Source of the DNA: Lepidodermella squamata
Lineage: Eukaryota > Animalia > Gastrotricha
Length of the DNA stretch: 64,000 nucleotides
Direction of reading: 5' to 3'
NCBI GenBank assembly: GCA_047495785.1
Contig: JBLDXI010000019.1
Span: forward strand, 1,426,001 to 1,490,000
Under the pieces are notes generated by a model, which ran no database searches, had not been told where the DNA came from, and saw only the letters and a program-made list of their open reading frames with translations. The first letter of the stretch is position 1; each line of letters begins with the position of its first letter. The position numbers and the translations under genes are program-made. Positions 1-17,104 of this stretch are shown piece after piece.

Positions 1-294
1 AGTTTCAGACTCGGGATGTCAACTTTCAATGGAAGCTGAACGTCTACTTCATCATTATTTGCTAGAGATAGCTTAAGTGATTTCCTGCCGGTCGATCATG
101 CCCATTAAATATAAATTTCTCGCAGACTTGACCTTAAAAAAAGCTCGTAGTAGGCCACGCTAAATGACAATGCTGTTAACGCTTCTGTTAACGTTGTGCG
201 TAGTAAACTACCTAACTGTTCTCTTTCCTTATTGAATGTTCTTTTCTGCTTCTCTAGCGTAGTATAATTTGGATTTGATGTTTACTTTAATTTG

Positions 295-3200
295 ATGGCA
301 TCAGACCTGTCGAAGTGTTCGGAATCTAATGACGCCTCCGCCGATTATATCGCTAACGTCCAAACTTCTGTTAGCATCGGTACCTTCTTCGATGCTGAAG
401 GTTCAATAATGAAATCAATTAAAGAACTTGTTCAAGCCAAGATCAATGCCGACCGCCAATACGTTCAGCAACTAGAACTGGTGGTACGATCGAGTCGCAA
501 GAATAATGTCACATGTGGACCAGTAAATGAGCCTTTTACCTTATGGCAAGGCTTAACTGAGGACTTGAGTCGCCAGGCTTCGCATATGGGTTCGGCTATT
601 GCTTCATCTGAGAAACTTGTGGGAGAGTTGCAAGCTATCATAAATATTCGAGAAAATCAACGGAAAATGCTGGAAACAGAACACTCCGCTATCTTAAAAT
701 TCGTGCAAAAAGAGTTCAAGAAATATAACGAGTTGAAAAAGGTAAGTAGCTGACTTACTTTAAATATCATTATACTCTCAAAATTATCACAGGATCTGGC
801 GAGGCTATATGAATTGTGTTCAACTGGGATGAACGCTTTTGAAAAGCTGAGTCAAAGTCGTTAATCATCGCTATTTTATATCGTGACTAAATCGATATTT
901 TTACAGAGGGTAAAGTCAATGAGAAAGAAAAATCACTTCTCGAACACAATTTGATAAGACTACACGAGACGCATAATGCGTGCTTATTGGGCAAGTTGAC
1001 CGGCAAATTAATAAAATTCCCTATTAATTTGCTTTGTTTATCAGCCTCATTAGACGTTAAACATGCCCAAGACCTAGCTGATAACGTCCATCTTCCAGCG
1101 ATGAGGCGTTTCATGGAAGCGGCATATGCACATTATCTTACTGCCCTGTAAGCTTGGAAAATTATGAAATACTAATGATCCTATTTCCTATTGATCACTT
1201 GTCTCGCAGAATATCTGTTTTCCAACGAATGGCTGATATTCAAATATCAAACGGAACTTACCTGATTCAGGAGGCGAAAACTGCTATTGACAGGCTATCG
1301 AAAATTCAGCCCGAATTAGCGGCCAAGTCGATACCACAAATAAGGTTAGTCTATACTGCTTTCCATCGATAGTTGCAAAGCTTGCTTTTCCTGAAATTGA
1401 ATCCGCCAGCCGAGATCAAAAGCATGACTCAACTCCTTTCAAATTTATCAGGTGAAAATAGGCTTTATATCGAGTGTCTTGTTGTGTTTACTCTTTGCTG
1501 CTTTATAATGCACTGCTGTTTTTCCGAAATCGCACATAATTTCCATGTTATGGTTTATACATGAATAATTACACGATTTATCTATAGGCTGAGCGCTACC
1601 TCGGAGAACATCTCAGCAGAACTAGTGGTAACATCTGTGTATCAAAAGCCCGATGCTCGTCTTGCAAGTTTGGCGTCTGAAATGTTTTGCATTTATACTG
1701 AAACCGAACCTACTATTCGAGACTCGTGAGTAGATGAGATGTGCATTTTTATTATAAAAAGACTTCGGCATTGGTTTTGCAGAATCGCTCATTTGGAAAA
1801 TGACATAGCTAGTCAAGTTTCTAAACAACAACGTCTCGAATCCAGTATAAGTGAGAAGAGAGAAAGGCTGCACGAATACATGCAAGGGGAAGATAACACG
1901 TTAGTTGGGTCGATCATTTACCTCTGAATTTGTAACCTAGTTTTCATCTTTTCAGGATTTCAGGAGCATTTGCTAGGAAATGCGAAATTGCGAAGCTCGA
2001 AACAGAACTCGAAGGAATTGAGTCAGTGAAAACCAGCTTCTCCAGACGCATCTCGACTATTGAAAGCAGCAAGCACGAAGAAAGTGAAATAGCTTCGCTG
2101 GTTACCACCATTTTGCAGCCTCTGATCGAAAAAGCGGCTGAAGAATTGAAAGAAACAGAGAGTGCTGTGCCACCAAGCCCGTCCAATCCTAACTTTGGTG
2201 ATTCCGGATTAGGCAACTCAAATTTGGATTCGGCGTCCAAAGCCATGAGTGGCGGAAAGTCCAACAAATCGAAAATGCACGGCTTCTTCAAGACGGTCCG
2301 CCGAAATATTGTATCTAAAATCAAACACGAAAAATTTGAAGGCGACGCTACCGACGAAGATAGCTGTAAGTTGAGCGATACGGTTAATAAATTTATCCTT
2401 TTGATCATCTTTTGAACCTCGCTAAAAATATGTTCCATTTTTTCATTTAAAAAAATTGGTTTTTTTTCAGCGATGGCATCTCATAGCAATGAAAACGGTC
2501 TGCAAAACGATGCTAATGGTCGATCGAACAAATTAATTTCCGAAGATGGGTCGAATGAAAGCTCGATCAGTGACGATACACCGTTTTGGTCGGCTCAGGT
2601 GCGAGAACTTCCTTACTTCCACGGAATTTTACCTCGCAACGACATTGAAAGCATGTTCATGAAAAATGGCAACAAAAACGGAGATTTTCTCATCCGAGAA
2701 TCGCTTCTCGAACGTTCGCGCGAAAAAGTGCTGATATTAAGCGTGTATTGGGACCAGCCTCGGCATTTTCGCATGGCGTCCCAATCTTGCCACAAAACCA
2801 GCTGGCGATTAATTGGGCCAAGGGACTTCGCGACAATTGCGGATCTCATTCGATACCACTGGGAAAATGGCGAGAGGGTAGCTGAAAACTTGGATGTGAG
2901 ACTTTCGAGACCTCTGAATCGAAGCGCAGATTTCTTGCAAAATGATTGGATCGTTCTGGGTCGAATTCTGGGACAGGGAGCCTATGGCGCTGTTTACGTG
3001 GGAACATTTCAACCACCCAGTGCATCGGTCCCATACGATGTGGCCGTGAAAGTGCTGAAACCTAAGCTTTCAACCATGAGCAAGGATGAAAAAGCTACTT
3101 TCATCAACGAGGGTCGTCAAATGCAACACCTCGATCATCCGAATATCGTTAAATTTATCGGCGTGGCTGCCAGCCGCGAGCCGATGATGCTCGTTATGGA

Positions 3201-3888
3201 ATTGTGCCTCGGCGGCTCGCTATTGGCTCATCTGCGCTCTGAAGGCGCCGCACTACCTCTCGCAGAAATGTATCGATTTTCTTATGAAGCGGCGTCTGGT
3301 ATGGAGTATCTATCAAAAATGCGACTGATTCATCGAGATTTGGCGGCAAGGAATTGCTTGATAACTGACGAAAAAGCGCTTAAAATATCGGATTTCGGCC
3401 TATCTCGATCGACTCCTGGAGATACGGGAGCGTGTATGGAGGAAGCAATTTATCAGCCGACAGCACCAGTCAAAATACCGATACGATGGACGGCGCCTGA
3501 GACGTTTTTCAGTAACATTTACACCTCTTCAACCGACGTCTGGTCATTCGGTATTTTGTTGTGGGAGATCTTTGCAGCGGGCTCATTACCATGGCCGGAT
3601 TGTAAAACAAATGATGCAGCACGGGATGCCATCCAATCCGGAACAAAACACCCCCGACCCGATCGCATGCCTCAGCCATTCTATGACACAGTCATGTTGA
3701 AGTGTTTGGCATTTGATGCCGAATTCCGACTGACTTTTTCATCGGCTCAGGCTGTAATCGAACGGTTTGTTTTGAATCCGAATAGCACGCCGAGAAGCGT
3801 AGTACTTGGCAGTGACTCGAACAACTCGTTGGCCGACCCTGTTCCGCCTGCAAGACCTCCAAGACCTCGAACAATGTTGAAAAGTTGA
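295..3888 (+). CDS. FER: Fer/Fes-family non-receptor tyrosine kinase (F-BAR, SH2, kinase), about 10 exons
   Basis: Last exon (2471-3888) encodes an SH2 domain (YFHGILPR...GDFLIRES) and a tyrosine kinase (GQGAYG, VAVK, HRDLAARN, DFG, KIPIRWTAPE). Upstream short exons (295-741, 793-856, 907-990, 1045-1147 and others) splice in frame into a coiled-coil F-BAR-like region; LHETHNACLLASL resembles Fer LHxLHNQYVLAL. Confidence 0.9.
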
Positions 3889-5750
3889 TTAGTCAGCTGC
3901 AATCTCAATTTTGGCCGACCCATTCGTTACTTATTGTAATTATTTGTTGTGCTCGCAAGTCTTCTTCCGCGGATATTCCTCGGTAATCGGTTTTAATCAG
4001 CTTTACAATAGTTTGATTTGTGCATATGCAAAAGCTTCCTTTCTTTCCGAAAGCGTTGGGAACGTAGCGCTTCAAAAAGGCATGTGCTCTTTCATTCAAT
4101 GATCATTCCTCTATATAACTGATATTTCGGTTGTGCGATTTAATTGTTCTTATCACTGTTATTATCTTCAAGCATGGCTGATGCAACTTGCGATAAGTTT
4201 TATTATTGCTGTATTGGCAACTATTGTATGTTGTTAACACGCTGCTATGATATTAAAATATTTGACGATTTTTTATTTTGGTACAAGAATCAAATGAATA
4301 AATTTTTCATTTATGTTGAAACCGGCCTCTTTATCGTTGACTTTTCTTATTTTGCATTGTCATTTTAAATGAAAACAGTTTGCAAGGCATTATTTGCATC
4401 AAACGATGGGTAGGTAATCAGGCAGTTGAATATTAAACAGATGATTCAGATTAAACACGATAATTCTTGCAGCTATTTTGTAAATTGCTGCTCATCATTG
4501 GTAAATAGATCAATGCTCATGCCGGTATTCCGCTCGTGAGAAGATGAATCAAAATGTATTTTCCTTTGATATATCAAAATATGGCTTCAGCGATTGGCGA
4601 CTAGGTGGACAATAACCATGGGCGTTAGGTTATTAAATTTAAATCTATTTGCTATTTCCTTGGTTGTTCGTAGCTCGTTATTTATTCCGAGGAAATAGGC
4701 CTCTAAAGGGCTTTCATCAAAATGCTGTTCAAATTTCGAAGTGTTGCACCTTGTACGCCGTGTACTAGTTCAACAAGGAGGTCAATGTAAAAATTTAACA
4801 TTGCCGAGCAAAATTTAACTTTCCCGGGCATTAGATTCAGGTGAAATGATTACCAAAATGTTCTCGATCATTCAAAGCCCCATTTTCTCCAATACTCATA
4901 CAATGTTGTTGGGATCTGAGCGGTGAGCGGGCGCTTCAGTTTTGAAAATTCAAAAGCTTGACGGTTTTGGCGGAGGTCTTCACGGTTGACGGGCCTGAAT
5001 GCCTGAATGGGCATTGCATCATGACTCGGAAGTTCGGAAAAGCCAAGTATTTTTTCTTACAAACGCCGCGCCCGATGAAAATGCCGCAACATTTATAGTT
5101 TTACGGGAAAAATACCAAACTTCAACATTAAGGCCGCAACCAAATAATCAGCACGCAACAAAAGAGAGCAAGGAGGTGGCCTGGATCCTGAATTCCAGGC
5201 GTATTTTCTTGCAAATTTCCTTCATTAAGGTATTACGCGTCTTACGGATATTACTAATTTGGTGGGAACTTGCGTTCCTTCGCAACAAACGTGCGCCTTA
5301 ACATCCAGACTTTAGATGGTCAAATGCTTCCAGACGTGCCAGCGCTCCGCCTATCCGTCGGATCCAACCGACAGTATTTGGTGTAACTCGCCCTCATTGC
5401 GAATGTAATTTTTGCAAAAAAACTCTGTCTGCTGTCACCCTCTTCCGAATTTACCGATAATGTCATAATAAAAAAATAAGGATCACGTTGCTGTTTCCGT
5501 GACTGAGAACTTGCCCACTCAGAAACAACTATGCGACAGCTACGGCCTAAATTCCAAGGTCAACAATTCATGCAACCAGTTCTCAATCCAATTTCGTATA
5601 AATTTTTGAAAATTGCATGAATTTAAAAAGTTAACACTAATTTCATATTTTAATTTTGTTATAATTCTGAATCAGCTGATGCCCTTTGTCCTGTCATAGC
5701 TTTGTTTGACCCTAGTTGTACTTATGCTAGAATATTCGTTTGTAAGTTGA

Positions 5751-7280
<1,530 letters not shown>

Positions 7281-8213
7281 TCAAAAATTGCCGACCTGAA
7301 AATTGTTGATCAAAAGACTTGACTTATTCTCATGATATTTGCTGCTATAATGACGCGTCTGCTTGCGCATGATGTTGATGTCTAGCTGGCAATAAATTTA
7401 AATTTCTCTGAAACTAGTTATGATCCATTACTAAGTAAACCTATGACTTGCATACATGAAAATGGAATAAACCAGGTATCAGCATTGCATTTCGTTGTTT
7501 TTATTTATTGGTATCTTCAGTTAATTGTCCACCTCTAATGGATTCAAATATTACACATGAACCAATTGCTGAATCCCTGTAATGCCGCTCAAAGCCTTCT
7601 ATGGTGAGCGTTGTGTATCGTGAGCTAGAAAGTTTACAAATGGCCTGGAGCGCCAGGGGAGAATGAATATTGCAAAACACTCTAAAACTTACGGCAACGC
7701 TAGTTTGAACAATGAAAATTATTTCTGGATATGATACGTGGAAGCGTTGGCTGACTTACGAATTCAACCAACTCACTGGAGGCCTCAAGTTAATTTCAAG
7801 TCATTATTTCATTTCAATAGAAATTTGCTTGTAGTACAAAACAATTTGAGTTTAAACCACATTTGATGTGTTTATTCGCAGAAATAATTCACAAACATGC
7901 ACAATCTAACTATTAATTACGGGAGTATGAAAAATTTAACCGAAATGTTGCAGCGAGCGGTCAACCTTGTCTCAGGTAAATTAAACGAAAGACTACATTT
8001 TCAGTTCGAAAAATCTTTATTTGACATAATATTATGATGTTGTTGAGTTAATCTTAAAACCTTCTTATCAGACCTTCAACTCAGATGATGAACAGGAGAA
8101 ATTCGTTACAAGTATATAGAAGCATGATGCAAAAATTAATTGTCATTAGTTTACACTTAGAAATGAAAGTAGCGCTGATTCAAAATGTTGTGTAGACAAA
8201 AGGCGACTTCGTT

Positions 8214-9516
<1,303 letters not shown>

Positions 9517-10743
9517 TTTCGCAAAAAAGCCTAAAAAACAATGCGAATTTCAGTCAATGAAACGAAATGCCGTTGTTATTGTCAGAAAAACGCGTCGACT
9601 GGTCACAAATAAATCAAATAATAATAATATGCTTGGCGCTATGAATCATCGCTGAGAGACACAGAGAAAAGCAACGCCGGGCAAAATAATTACATAACAG
9701 AGTCGTTCACAACATAACAACCGGCGCACTTTCGCGACAAGTCTCGGTTATTCCCCACGAGCAGTTATTTCACCGTCAGTATGCTTACAAAATGCACGCT
9801 TACGACCCCTTCGACTAATACAAGAACAGTGCATAGGTATGATATACATTAGAAAATGCTGCCGAGATAAAAAAGACTGAGCTGTTTTTTATGCTTACTA
9901 CTATATGTGCGCTCGAAACGTGCTTGTGTACACTCACTCATACGTACCTACACACATGCCAGATGTGTAAATTCGGTTCGGGTCAAATGGAGCCAAGCCA
10001 ACAATAGGTGCATTAAACTGAAACGAATTTCACCACTGAAAAAGACATTGGTGACTACCGGTTTTTTCTTCACAAGTCTTATTACTTATACGCCAATTAA
10101 CTCGGAAGTTTAAACAGCTTTGCATAGATTATTACTATCGAGTCAGTAAAACACCTGCTTGATGATTAATACACATCATTCCTTTCACGTCTAGTCACGA
10201 AATTAAGATTATATTTCTCAGCCATAATGGCGATGATGCAGTTGAAAAAATTTCGCCTAACGAATCATAGTATCGATTAACAACCAAGTAAAAATTCCAG
10301 GTATAAGGAGGAGACAGTATTGTAAACTGCGCAACTATTTAAAAATTCAAATAAACCGATCGATGCGAGCTATGTATTCCATTACAGTTAGTAATCGCAG
10401 TGAAACAATTGAAAGACGCACGAGGGCGTGTGTAAGCGTGCACGAATCAACACAGGAGTATCGACCTTTCCTCTCATAAATAATAATGATAAAGCTAGCG
10501 GCGATAACACGCTACAGCAGACGGTTGTGTTGGGGCGGGAGGAAAAAATCGATTGAAAAATGACGCACGCGTCCACGCGACACGTGTTCATGTTTGTTTT
10601 AACCAAGATGGCGCCCGGCAAAAAAGATCAACAAAAATAAAATTTCCAGCCACTATCGGGGACCTGCATGAATTTTAAACTAGAAAATGTCAAAGTCCTA
10701 ACATTTTCAAATTAATGTCAATTTTGATCAATGAATCAGCCGG

Positions 10744-12210
10744 CTAATGCACCACTGAAGCGCGGTCGACGCCGAATATGAGGCAAAGACGGCCGATGTA
10801 GCGGTCGGTGATAGCGCCGAGGGTCGTGGAAGTTTCGTCTGGATTGCCGAAAGCCACATGGTCCGAACTGAAAATTTCTCTCAAGTAATTAGCGACCATC
10901 TCTTGGAAGGAAGATAATTTCTCCTGCAGGGGCGAAGGCGGGCCGAGTATTGCCCAGGCGAGGGGGACCGATAAGTGGTCGGATAGCGAGTAGTAACGGG
11001 ACATAAACCCATCCGAGTACTTTATCCGGCTTCGCTTGAGCTTCAACGCGCTGAAAACAGCGGCTTGTAGCGCGCCTTTTTTCACCGATTCCGGAAGCCA
11101 GTAGCTTGAAAGAGCATTATGAACCGACGCCGGCGTTTCGTCCAACTCATCGAGAGCGTCCAACAGGACGAAATCTAGCACAACGTCGTAGAAACCGAGG
11201 TGAGACACATTTCTCGTCGCAAGTTCTTCCTTGACCTGCGTCAAATTGAGCGGATCTTGGCAGTAACGAATCAACTCGTCATATGCGCTACCAAAGCCAT
11301 TCACATCCCCGCCGCTTTCCGATATTATCATTTTGAAAATTTCCCGGCCTAATGTCGCGCTTTCGCTTTGAACTTTCGGGTCGGAGAAATACCGGTCGAA
11401 ACCTGATCGGAGCAAATGAAGTTTCGCGAGAAATTCTTCGTCGGTATCAAGGCCGACTTTCTTTGTTCGAAACGTCCGGCATGGAATCAACTGGCCGTCT
11501 TGTTCGCGAATGCATTTTTCCGCGAGTTTGAACGCGTCGTGGTACGCCGAGTCGTCACAGAATCGCTCCTGCAGCATTCTATCAAGTTCTTCGAGTTCTT
11601 GAACAGCCGATAGAAACGACACGTCCGACGAAGCGTTAGAGGCGAGTTCGAAATCGAAATCTCGATTATTGCGATTCCGACCCGTTGCGCCCTGCTGGCT
11701 GCTAGCAGCGCCCGGTAACTGCAAACCGCCGGCTGTCATGTCGAAATCGGCCAGTAAATCGACAGCGCTGTCTTGGTAACTGGCGGCGTCTCGTGAGTTG
11801 GCCAGGGCCATGCGTTGAGCATTTCGGTTGCGAATCGGCAAGGGGGAGAGGCGGCTGCGCCATGACTCGAGCAGGGTTCGACCGGCATCAACGAAAATAT
11901 CAATCGAGTTCAGGACGTCAGGATCACGAGTGTCCAAATTTATCACATCTTGAATAGCCCGACTGAAATAAGCAAAAATAAAGATAAATGATATAAATAA
12001 ATACTAGTCAACCCACCTAACTGAGCTGAGGGCTGGGTCCAGTAAGGCATCACATTGGACTCCAGTCGAAGTAGATGAAGCCCGTTGTTGTTTCCGCCGT
12101 TGATTCCGGCGGTATTTCAGGAAGAATATCAGCAAGCAAAGCGTTCCAACTGAGGCTGTGGCCAGGCCGCCAACTAGCGCCAGTCGACCAGATGGACGGC
12201 CGCTGAGCAT
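10744..12210 (-). CDS. MIGA: Mitoguardin (FAM73) mitochondrial outer-membrane lipid-transfer protein, 2 exons (12210-12017, 11962-10744)
   Basis: N-terminal TM segment, FFAT-like SDVSFLSAVQEL, and the Miga motifs IPCRTFRT...DEEFLAKLHLLR and GFYDVVLDFVLLDALDEL. Confidence 0.9.
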
Positions 12211-12680
12211 CGATCAAAATGTAACAGAAAATTTTCCTAAAAGCAAAACCAGGCATTTGTTGAATTTGATTATAAAAAGTTCATTTTTTACTGCTTTCTC
12301 CATTCATTGAAAAGTGTCAAAAAAAATGCTCGCAGCTGATTTAATATTTTCTTCGACAGAGATGGATAGTAATGTAGCTTTGCGACGAGAAGTATTACAG
12401 AAAAACAAGAACACATCCGAGCGAGCGAGCCGTGTAATGAGATAGAAAACTACTCATCATACAAATTGGTCATAATATTTTCTGCCGCCAAGTAACAACT
12501 TCAAAAATTACTCGCTCGCACTTGTTTCCAGAGCACGGTATAATCATTTTAATATCGGTACTATACAATGGGCGTTTTTCCTCATTCATTACAATAATAA
12601 TAGCGGGGCGTATTTATACAATAATAAGGTTAACGCCGGTGTTTCACACGCAGAAATTTACTTTTTATCGAGATATATCA

Positions 12681-15200
12681 CTAGGTAGCATTTTGCCCGA
12701 ATACCTTGCGGAGACGCGGGTCGAGCCGAATGATCGGGTCCATCGGGTCCAACCGCAAAGCAAGTGACAGCGGGACTGGGGGCGGAATGAGCACGGAAAT
12801 GAGCTTGTAGCGGATGAGCCGATTCGCGTTATTAGTCGCCGTATTCACGTCGCCAGACGCTCGGTTGATATTCAATCGCGGGTCGCGGGTCGGCGATATA
12901 GAACCAGGCGGCTCGCCGATTGGTGGCGCCATCATAGGCGGTGACTGGAACGGGGGTGGCGGGATGCCAGGTGGTAGGCCGGGCATGCCCGACGCGATCT
13001 GATGTATCTGCTCGGCTGATAACGTCGCTGGCAATGGCGGCATTTGCGGCGCCTGGTAGCCGGGTGACGACGGCGGGAACCCGGCCGGCTGCGACGGCAT
13101 AGGCGGCCGAAATTGCGGTGGGCTGTTGATATCCGGATTTGGCGGCGGGTAGAACGGACCCGCGCCAGGCTGATTTGGCTGCGGGAACGGCGGTATTGGC
13201 GGGAAGTTAGGCGGGGGCGGCATGAAGTCGCCGGGTGGGAATTGACCAGGCGGAGGTTCGAAAGGTGGCCGACCGTCCATGAATGGCGGCCGTTGAGGCG
13301 GAGACTGAAATTGCGGCGCCGGGCCGTTGTTTTGGTCAGGAGGTCCGCCTAACACATCAACACCGTAGAAACCAGGCGGTGGACCTGGAGGCGCCCCATT
13401 GCCATTAAATTGAGGCGGCTGTTGAAAATTAGCACCGGGTTGTTGCTGTTGTTGTTGATCTTCCGACTGGGGGTAGTAGCCTTGTTGAGCATCACCGGGC
13501 GCACCATTACTGTTACCCCAAGCCGACACGGCCTTGTCCAACATTTTTCGCCCATCGTCGTCAAGCGGCGCGTGAGAAAAGCGACAGTGATCGCCATTTC
13601 GACAATTGCCCATCACATGAAAGAACTTGCACGGAAATTGCTCGTGGAGGTAATCGCAATCGTTGCCTTTTATGCAGAACCCACTGAGATAGAATTTGCA
13701 CAATTCTGGCTTGCGCTTGATTTCCGACGGTAACAAGTGAGCGAAATTACAATTTTGACCTTTGAGACAGTTGCCTTCGCGGAAGAACTTGCAAAGCATA
13801 CCCGGCCTCTCCGGGTTCGCTGGAGGCCGAGCCATTTCAGGAGGCGGGGGAGCAGCAGACCGATCCATCATACCGCCTCGTTCAGGTTTCCGCCCTCTGC
13901 CACCCCTTTCGCGACCACCCCGACCACCACGTGGGCCATCGAAATACCGATCTTCATCGCCAAAACTTCTCGGCGGACCGTCAAAATTTTCAGGAGGAGG
14001 TCCGTAATTACGATCGTAGTCTTGTGGAGGGTAAGGCGGCTCTTGAGGAGGAGGAGGGTGATACGGCATTTCCGGGCCGTTCGGAGGCGGACCGTAGTGA
14101 TCGTCGAAGCTGGGTCGGTGCGGCTCGCCATAGCCACCAGGCGGGCCAATCGTTTCAGGCGGGGGCTGGTCAAAGTCGTTGTAGTCATTTCGCCGCCTCG
14201 GACCGCCTTCGTGCCTACCTCTTCGCGGCGGACCACCGCGGTCACGCCGTCCACCACGTCCCCATTCGTTCGGAGACCGAGCCCCGCGTCTTTCGTCGTA
14301 ATATTCGTCGTAACCACCGTGTCTGAAACCCCCACGACCGCCTCCTCTTTCTCCACCAAAATATCGCTCGCGTGGTGGCGGAGGTCCGGGCCCTCTGAAC
14401 GGCGAGGCACGGTCACCAGCTCCAAACGCGTCATCTCTCATACGTTTTCGTGGAGGATATGCCGGATCGTGCGAGTAATTATTGTTTTGATTGTAATCAG
14501 CGCCATGAGGCGGAAACGAATTCGGCGCGTTGTGATCGGCGAGAGGCTCTTTTTGCGAGCCATTCCCTGCATTATTGTTACCTTCATCTTCACTTTCTTC
14601 AGGGGTGGCGTATGGATCAACATCGTCAACTTCATATTGACTTTTACTATTTGTCACCTCTTTTGTCGAATCGGTTCGACGACCTTTTGATGGGGAGGTA
14701 TCGTCGACACCTCCTTTCGGTCCGTTCCGACTCTCGTCGCCGGTCGCCGACGGAAATTGTCTCTGGTACATATTGAAAAGTTGCGCCCACTCTCCAACCA
14801 CAGGTGCGCCGAGATAATCAACAGGTGCTACTAAAGCAGCTTCCTTAGCCGCTGATGATGATTTTGAACTTTCTTTCGTTTTTCGATGTCGTGACCCCCG
14901 GCGGTGATGCCGGCGCTTCGAGCCACGGCGAGATTTTGTTTCACTAGCTTTTGATTCATGGTCTTCACCCTCTTCAATATCTGGATGCGAAGCTTCGCCG
15001 TCGTCTTCGCTCGCGGTACCGTCGTTCGCAGCAATGTTATTACCGTTATTATCATTGTCAAAGTTGATGTTATTGTTATTCACTTTTTCGAACATTTCGT
15101 CATTATCCAACGGCAACTCGCTGCCGTTGTCATCAGGCGGATATTCAAATGCGGTGAGGACGGGAGGACCATCGTCCACTTCACCGTCTTCTCCACTCAT
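12681..15200 (-). CDS. ZC3H4: CCCH zinc-finger protein of the ZC3H4/ZC3H6/Su(s) family, single coding exon
   Basis: Three tandem C-x7-C-x5-C-x3-H-type fingers (LCKFFREG...; KPELCKFYLSGFC...; FPCKFFH...), RGG and Pro-rich regions, and C-terminal RDPRL/LDPRL motifs. Confidence 0.85.
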   Translation of the reverse strand: MSGEDGEVDDGPPVLTAFEYPPDDNGSELPLDNDEMFEKVNNNNINFDNDNNGNNIAANDGTASEDDGEASHPDIEEGEDHESKASETKSRRGSKRRHHRRGSRHRKTKESSKSSSAAKEAALVAPVDYLGAPVVGEWAQLFNMYQRQFPSATGDESRNGPKGGVDDTSPSKGRRTDSTKEVTNSKSQYEVDDVDPYATPEESEDEGNNNAGNGSQKEPLADHNAPNSFPPHGADYNQNNNYSHDPAYPPRKRMRDDAFGAGDRASPFRGPGPPPPRERYFGGERGGGRGGFRHGGYDEYYDERRGARSPNEWGRGGRRDRGGPPRRGRHEGGPRRRNDYNDFDQPPPETIGPPGGYGEPHRPSFDDHYGPPPNGPEMPYHPPPPQEPPYPPQDYDRNYGPPPENFDGPPRSFGDEDRYFDGPRGGRGGRERGGRGRKPERGGMMDRSAAPPPPEMARPPANPERPGMLCKFFREGNCLKGQNCNFAHLLPSEIKRKPELCKFYLSGFCIKGNDCDYLHEQFPCKFFHVMGNCRNGDHCRFSHAPLDDDGRKMLDKAVSAWGNSNGAPGDAQQGYYPQSEDQQQQQQPGANFQQPPQFNGNGAPPGPPPGFYGVDVLGGPPDQNNGPAPQFQSPPQRPPFMDGRPPFEPPPGQFPPGDFMPPPPNFPPIPPFPQPNQPGAGPFYPPPNPDINSPPQFRPPMPSQPAGFPPSSPGYQAPQMPPLPATLSAEQIHQIASGMPGLPPGIPPPPFQSPPMMAPPIGEPPGSISPTRDPRLNINRASGDVNTATNNANRLIRYKLISVLIPPPVPLSLALRLDPMDPIIRLDPRLRKVFGQNAT

Positions 15201-17104
15201 GAATTGTAAAATCTAAATGAAAAATCAGCAAGGTATGATATAAAGAATCGATGAATGGCGGATCATGTAAGAGTTACACCAAGAGCAATCCATAAGTATA
15301 GATGAATTATATCATTTTTGTTTACAATTCGAGAGTCGATTCAATCACGATTCAAAACTAGACAAGAACAAGGTCAACATATTATTGATTGTCAATGATG
15401 AATCATCAAATTCAATAATTTCGAATCCACAATAACCCTTATGTCACCGTGTTCCGAAAAGAACGAATCGCTTTATAACCCGATTAAGGGGTACAAGAAT
15501 TCCAACATAGCGCTGATATTCAGCAACTCAGCTTATTATATATCCACTACGTCATTTACATCATTTACAATGAGCACATATGTCAGATCTTGAATGGAAC
15601 TTGAGGAAATCGTACTCTTCAAATAACTATAATGTGTTTGAGAGCAAGCATGGTAGCCATTCGGCTGAGAGTCCCAGCTATTAAATCGATCGATTCGTAT
15701 CATTACATTAAAATTCTCGATTGGCTTATTGACACTTAAATCTTTACTAAGCGAACAAGGTGGTCAGTAGAGGAATGGTCAATGGTCCCCTAACGAGTGA
15801 CTTGGCGGCATGTGCTCTCAATTTTGTTAGCGGAGCTACGGACAAAGTTTTGCCCAAATTTGTAGCTAAGCGCATATGGCACGAGCTGAAGTATTCGATA
15901 GCCATCTATAACTAAAACTGCAGAGCCCAGGAGGATTCTCGTCAAGTCCACGGCCATGGCTTATTTCTATCATCTTATCATCCTTAAGAGCTGCATTTTC
16001 TTGCGTTTAATAGCTCTCAACCCCCATGTAAAATAAAGTTATTATTTCAAGATCTAGCAACTTAAGCTTACCAGTTCCAATTATCACTTGATTCCACGGA
16101 GATGAAGTATTACTTCTATTACATTGCATTCCTCGGAAGTCTTCATAACGCATTGCCGAAAATCATTAACCTGATTAAGACTCAGGTCAGATGTAAGATC
16201 GACATTGAATTACGCTTCATCATCGTCATCAAGTGTTTTAAGTTGTCATCGCTTTCTGTAACTTGATTGTTTCAAGTCCATCATTCGTCGTTTAAGTTTG
16301 CATTCAAGTTAATAATTGGTAAATCCATCAAATCACGCTTCAATAAAAATATGGCTTTAGCCTTCCTTGTCATCAAAGATTCAAGTCTTTAGAATTGGCT
16401 GGTGGGTAGCATGGTAGCCTGCATAACTGGCTTGATGTCGCTTAGCCAAATGCACTGTTTGCAGTACACAGATGAAAAAAGGCTTCGAAAATAACAACAG
16501 AAACAAAGAAACTTCCACCATTTAAAAACAAATCGCCAAACACAAATGTTAAATTCTTGTAAAATAAGTTAATAAAATATTTTAAGTAATATCAAATATT
16601 TTTAAATTGTGCGTTTCCATGGGAATTAGAGACGCTTTCTCGGCGCTTCTTTCGAAATGCGACGCCCCGTCATCAAAGGCGGCAAAACCCTCATGGAGGG
16701 TATAAACACCGAAATCATCATCTTTCTGTTGCGGCACAATCGTCCTTCACCTATCGTGTCCAGTGAACTTACCGTATTAATCGTCCTAAAGCTCCGCTTT
16801 CTATTTTTACCATCATTTCTCATTCTCATTTTAATGAAAGAAATCAATAAATACCTAAATAGCAGACAGTAACGCCCTCAAAATTGTATACTCAAGACTC
16901 ATGCACCCTCAAAATCAGGGATTTTTACGCGGAATTCGCTCGTATGCCGTCAGGATGTAGCAACATGTATGTTTCACGATTTGCATATCAATAATCTTGG
17001 ATCATCATTCTGGATATTGATGCGACTCCCTTTTAATTTAAGACATACAATAGGCACCACAATGACTTCACCCATTTAATGGCTTTGGTAGTGTTATAAA
17101 TACG

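Noticed and set aside
12814-15216. Many overlapping ORFs (e.g. 13737-14690 +) over ZC3H4; likewise over ANKRD6 and POLA1
   Set aside because: GC-rich low-complexity shadow frames without domains.
16180-16290. TGATGA/CTGA strings on the minus strand as a C/D snoRNA
   Set aside because: Boxes are too close together, with no terminal stem or recognisable rRNA guide.
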